From positions 2,170,001 through 2,234,000 of the forward strand of contig CDPCPM010000010.1 of the NCBI GenBank assembly GCA_976551045.1: DNA of 64,000 bases, written 5' to 3'. A program made the translations under genes and the position numbers. Shown here piece by piece: positions 61,946 through 64,000 of this stretch (position 1 is its first letter; every line of letters starts with the position of its first letter). This DNA is from Glaucostegus cemiculus. Lineage: Eukaryota. The notes beneath the pieces were generated by a model. That model had not been told where the DNA came from, searched no databases, and saw only the letters and a list, made by a program, of their open reading frames with translations.

Positions 61946-63076
61946 CCATCTCCTGCCAGTTCTCTTCCAGATGCCTGTAGTATGTTTTGCTTTAAAAATC
62001 AATTTGATTTTTGCCACAAAGGAATCCTGTGGCCTCTGCTTCAACTATTCCTCGTACAAAATGCACCCTCCTCCAACAGCCACTGCATTAAAATATTTCT
62101 CTTGTTCTCTCCCTCCCTCTTTATAAATTGTAGAATATGGTCATTGATCTCTCAAGCAGAAGAAGAAACCTGTTCTCTGCCACTTGAGCAAATAGTCTCC
62201 CGTTTACATTGGCTGGTTGGGTTGGAAGTCCCTTTCCATATCGTAGCCTCAATATATTTTTAAAATCCTCATTAAAATTCCACTTAACCTTCCTTGTTTC
62301 ATAATAAATTACAACTGTAATAGATATCTATATGACTATAAATTTGTTAGCAAGCATCCTTGTACTTTTAAGACAGCAATCACAAGTTATTGTACAGTTC
62401 AAAGAGCAATTTGGAGCAACTCTTGCTGGTGGCCCTTTTGGGAAGCAATCCCTTGAGTTGAGAATCATTTTGGAGTTACATGTTTAGGAAGGAGTTAAAG
62501 ACTGATATCTGTACCCAGTTCGAAAGGTGCAATCTGTAATTTGTTGCTTGAATCATCTGGGTTGAATTCATGAGACATTTAGGCTTGGAACTATTGCCTA
62601 AATTGCACCCAGATTTGTTGGCTGATGCATTAAAATAAAATCTCCTGATGCTGCTTTTTTAATCTTTCTGCCTGAGGACAGAGTGGTATATTCTAGCAGC
62701 TGAGTCCAAGGTTATCAAGGATGAGCCAAGCAGAATCACAGGCCTAGCTTCGAAACATGAATCAAGGCAATTTAGCAAAAGGCAAAATAATTTTTGTCTG
62801 TTAATATTCACTTTGGGTATGATACAAAGAAATGTCATTCATGTGGTGTATGATCATGTTAGAACTTAGTGTTAAAATAAATAAATGATGGGAAAACCTT
62901 TCAGTGATATTTCACAAGATCATTAGTATGTAGAGAGGCAAGGTTATTTTTCCTAATCCATCTCATCCATTTAGAATAAAACCACATTGCCTTGCATCAT
63001 GAGATTTGAATGTTTCTTCAGTTATTTTTAAATTTCAAGCTCCAGTAAATCTGTCCTGATGTGTTAATCCATGTTT

Positions 63077-63945
63077 CATAGAACACAGAACATAGAACAA
63101 TACAGCACAGAACAGGCCCTTCAGCCCATCAAGCTGTGTCATCCTACAAACATCTCCCAAACTAACTCTTTCCACCCTCATATCCTACTATTCCACATTC
63201 TTCCATGTGCTTATCTAACAATCTCTTAAACCTGTCCAACGTATCTGCCTCCACTACCACCCCAGGCAGCGCATTCCATGCACCAACCACTCTCTGGGTG
63301 AAAAACTTCCCTCTGACATCTCCCCTATACTTCCCACCAATTATCTTAAAGGCATGCCCTCTCGTCTTGAGCATCTGCGCTCTGGGAAAGAGGCGCTGAC
63401 TATTAATTCTATCTGTTCCTCTCAATATCTTATACACCTCTATCAAGTCCCCTCTCATCCTCCTCCTCTCTAATGAGTAGAGCCCTAGCACCTTAAGCCT
63501 CTCTTTATATTCCATACCCTCCAATCCAGGCATCATCCTGGTAAATCGCCTCTGCACCCTCTCCAACGCCTCCACATCCTTCCTATAATGCGGCGACCAG
63601 AACTGAACACAATATTCCAAGTGCGGCCTAACTAGAGTTTTGTAAAGCAGCATCATCACCTCTCTGCTCTTGAACTCAATCCCTTTATTTATAAAAGCCA
63701 ACATCCCGTAAGCCTTCTTAACAGCCCTATCCACCTGCGAGGCAACTTTGAGTGAACTGTGGATATGAACCCCCAGATCCCTCTGCTCCTCTACACTGCC
63801 AAGAACCTTGCCATTTACCTTATACTCTGTCCTGGAGTTTGTCCTCCCAAAGTGCACCACCTCACACTTCTCCGGATTAAACTCCATCTGCCACCTGTCA
63901 GCCCAGTTCTGCATCCTATCAATATCCCCCTGTAAGCTCCTACAG
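63077..63945 (-). mobile_element. Young 5'-truncated CR1 with an open ORF2 C-terminus
   Basis: ORF 63162-63974 reads LQGDIDRMQNWADRWQMEFN...RPHLEYCVQFWSP...RGKFFTQRVV without stops, with a (TTCTATG)n tail. Confidence 0.93.
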
Positions 63946-64000
63946 TAAGCTCCTACAGCTCCTGCAGTTTCCATGAAGAATTTTAGACACCGATCCTAAA

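Noticed and set aside
62716-62760. Hammerhead-like GATGAG...CGAAAC
   Set aside because: Lacks the CUGA core (reads AGGAUGA) and has no convincing closing stems.

Overview
Eukaryotic, AT-rich, CpG-depleted genomic DNA with no recognisable host protein-coding gene, so most likely a large intron or intergenic region. The repeat complement points to a cartilaginous fish (shark or ray): HE1/V-type tRNA SINEs, Deu-type SINEs, many CR1 LINE fragments, Rex1/Babar, RTE, and Penelope-like elements with hammerhead motifs. The main object is an apparently full-length CR1 LINE (37805-42785, +). It has an intact 320-aa ORF1 (Cys-rich N-terminus plus SGNH esterase) and a disabled endonuclease-RT ORF2. ORF1 ends on an in-phase U_UUA_AAC slippery heptamer followed directly by UAG. 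Removing a 437-bp nested insertion restores an open -1 frame with no AUG that runs from this heptamer into the endonuclease, which suggests -1 programmed ribosomal frameshifting. The insertion itself looks like a non-autonomous element carrying a Rex1 tail. Other items are an inverted Penelope-like element with hammerhead motifs (24.6-26.3 kb), tail-swapped SINEs and a few weak promoter/exon candidates. There are two assembly gaps. Family names come from motif recognition by eye, and the boundaries of old repeats are approximate.
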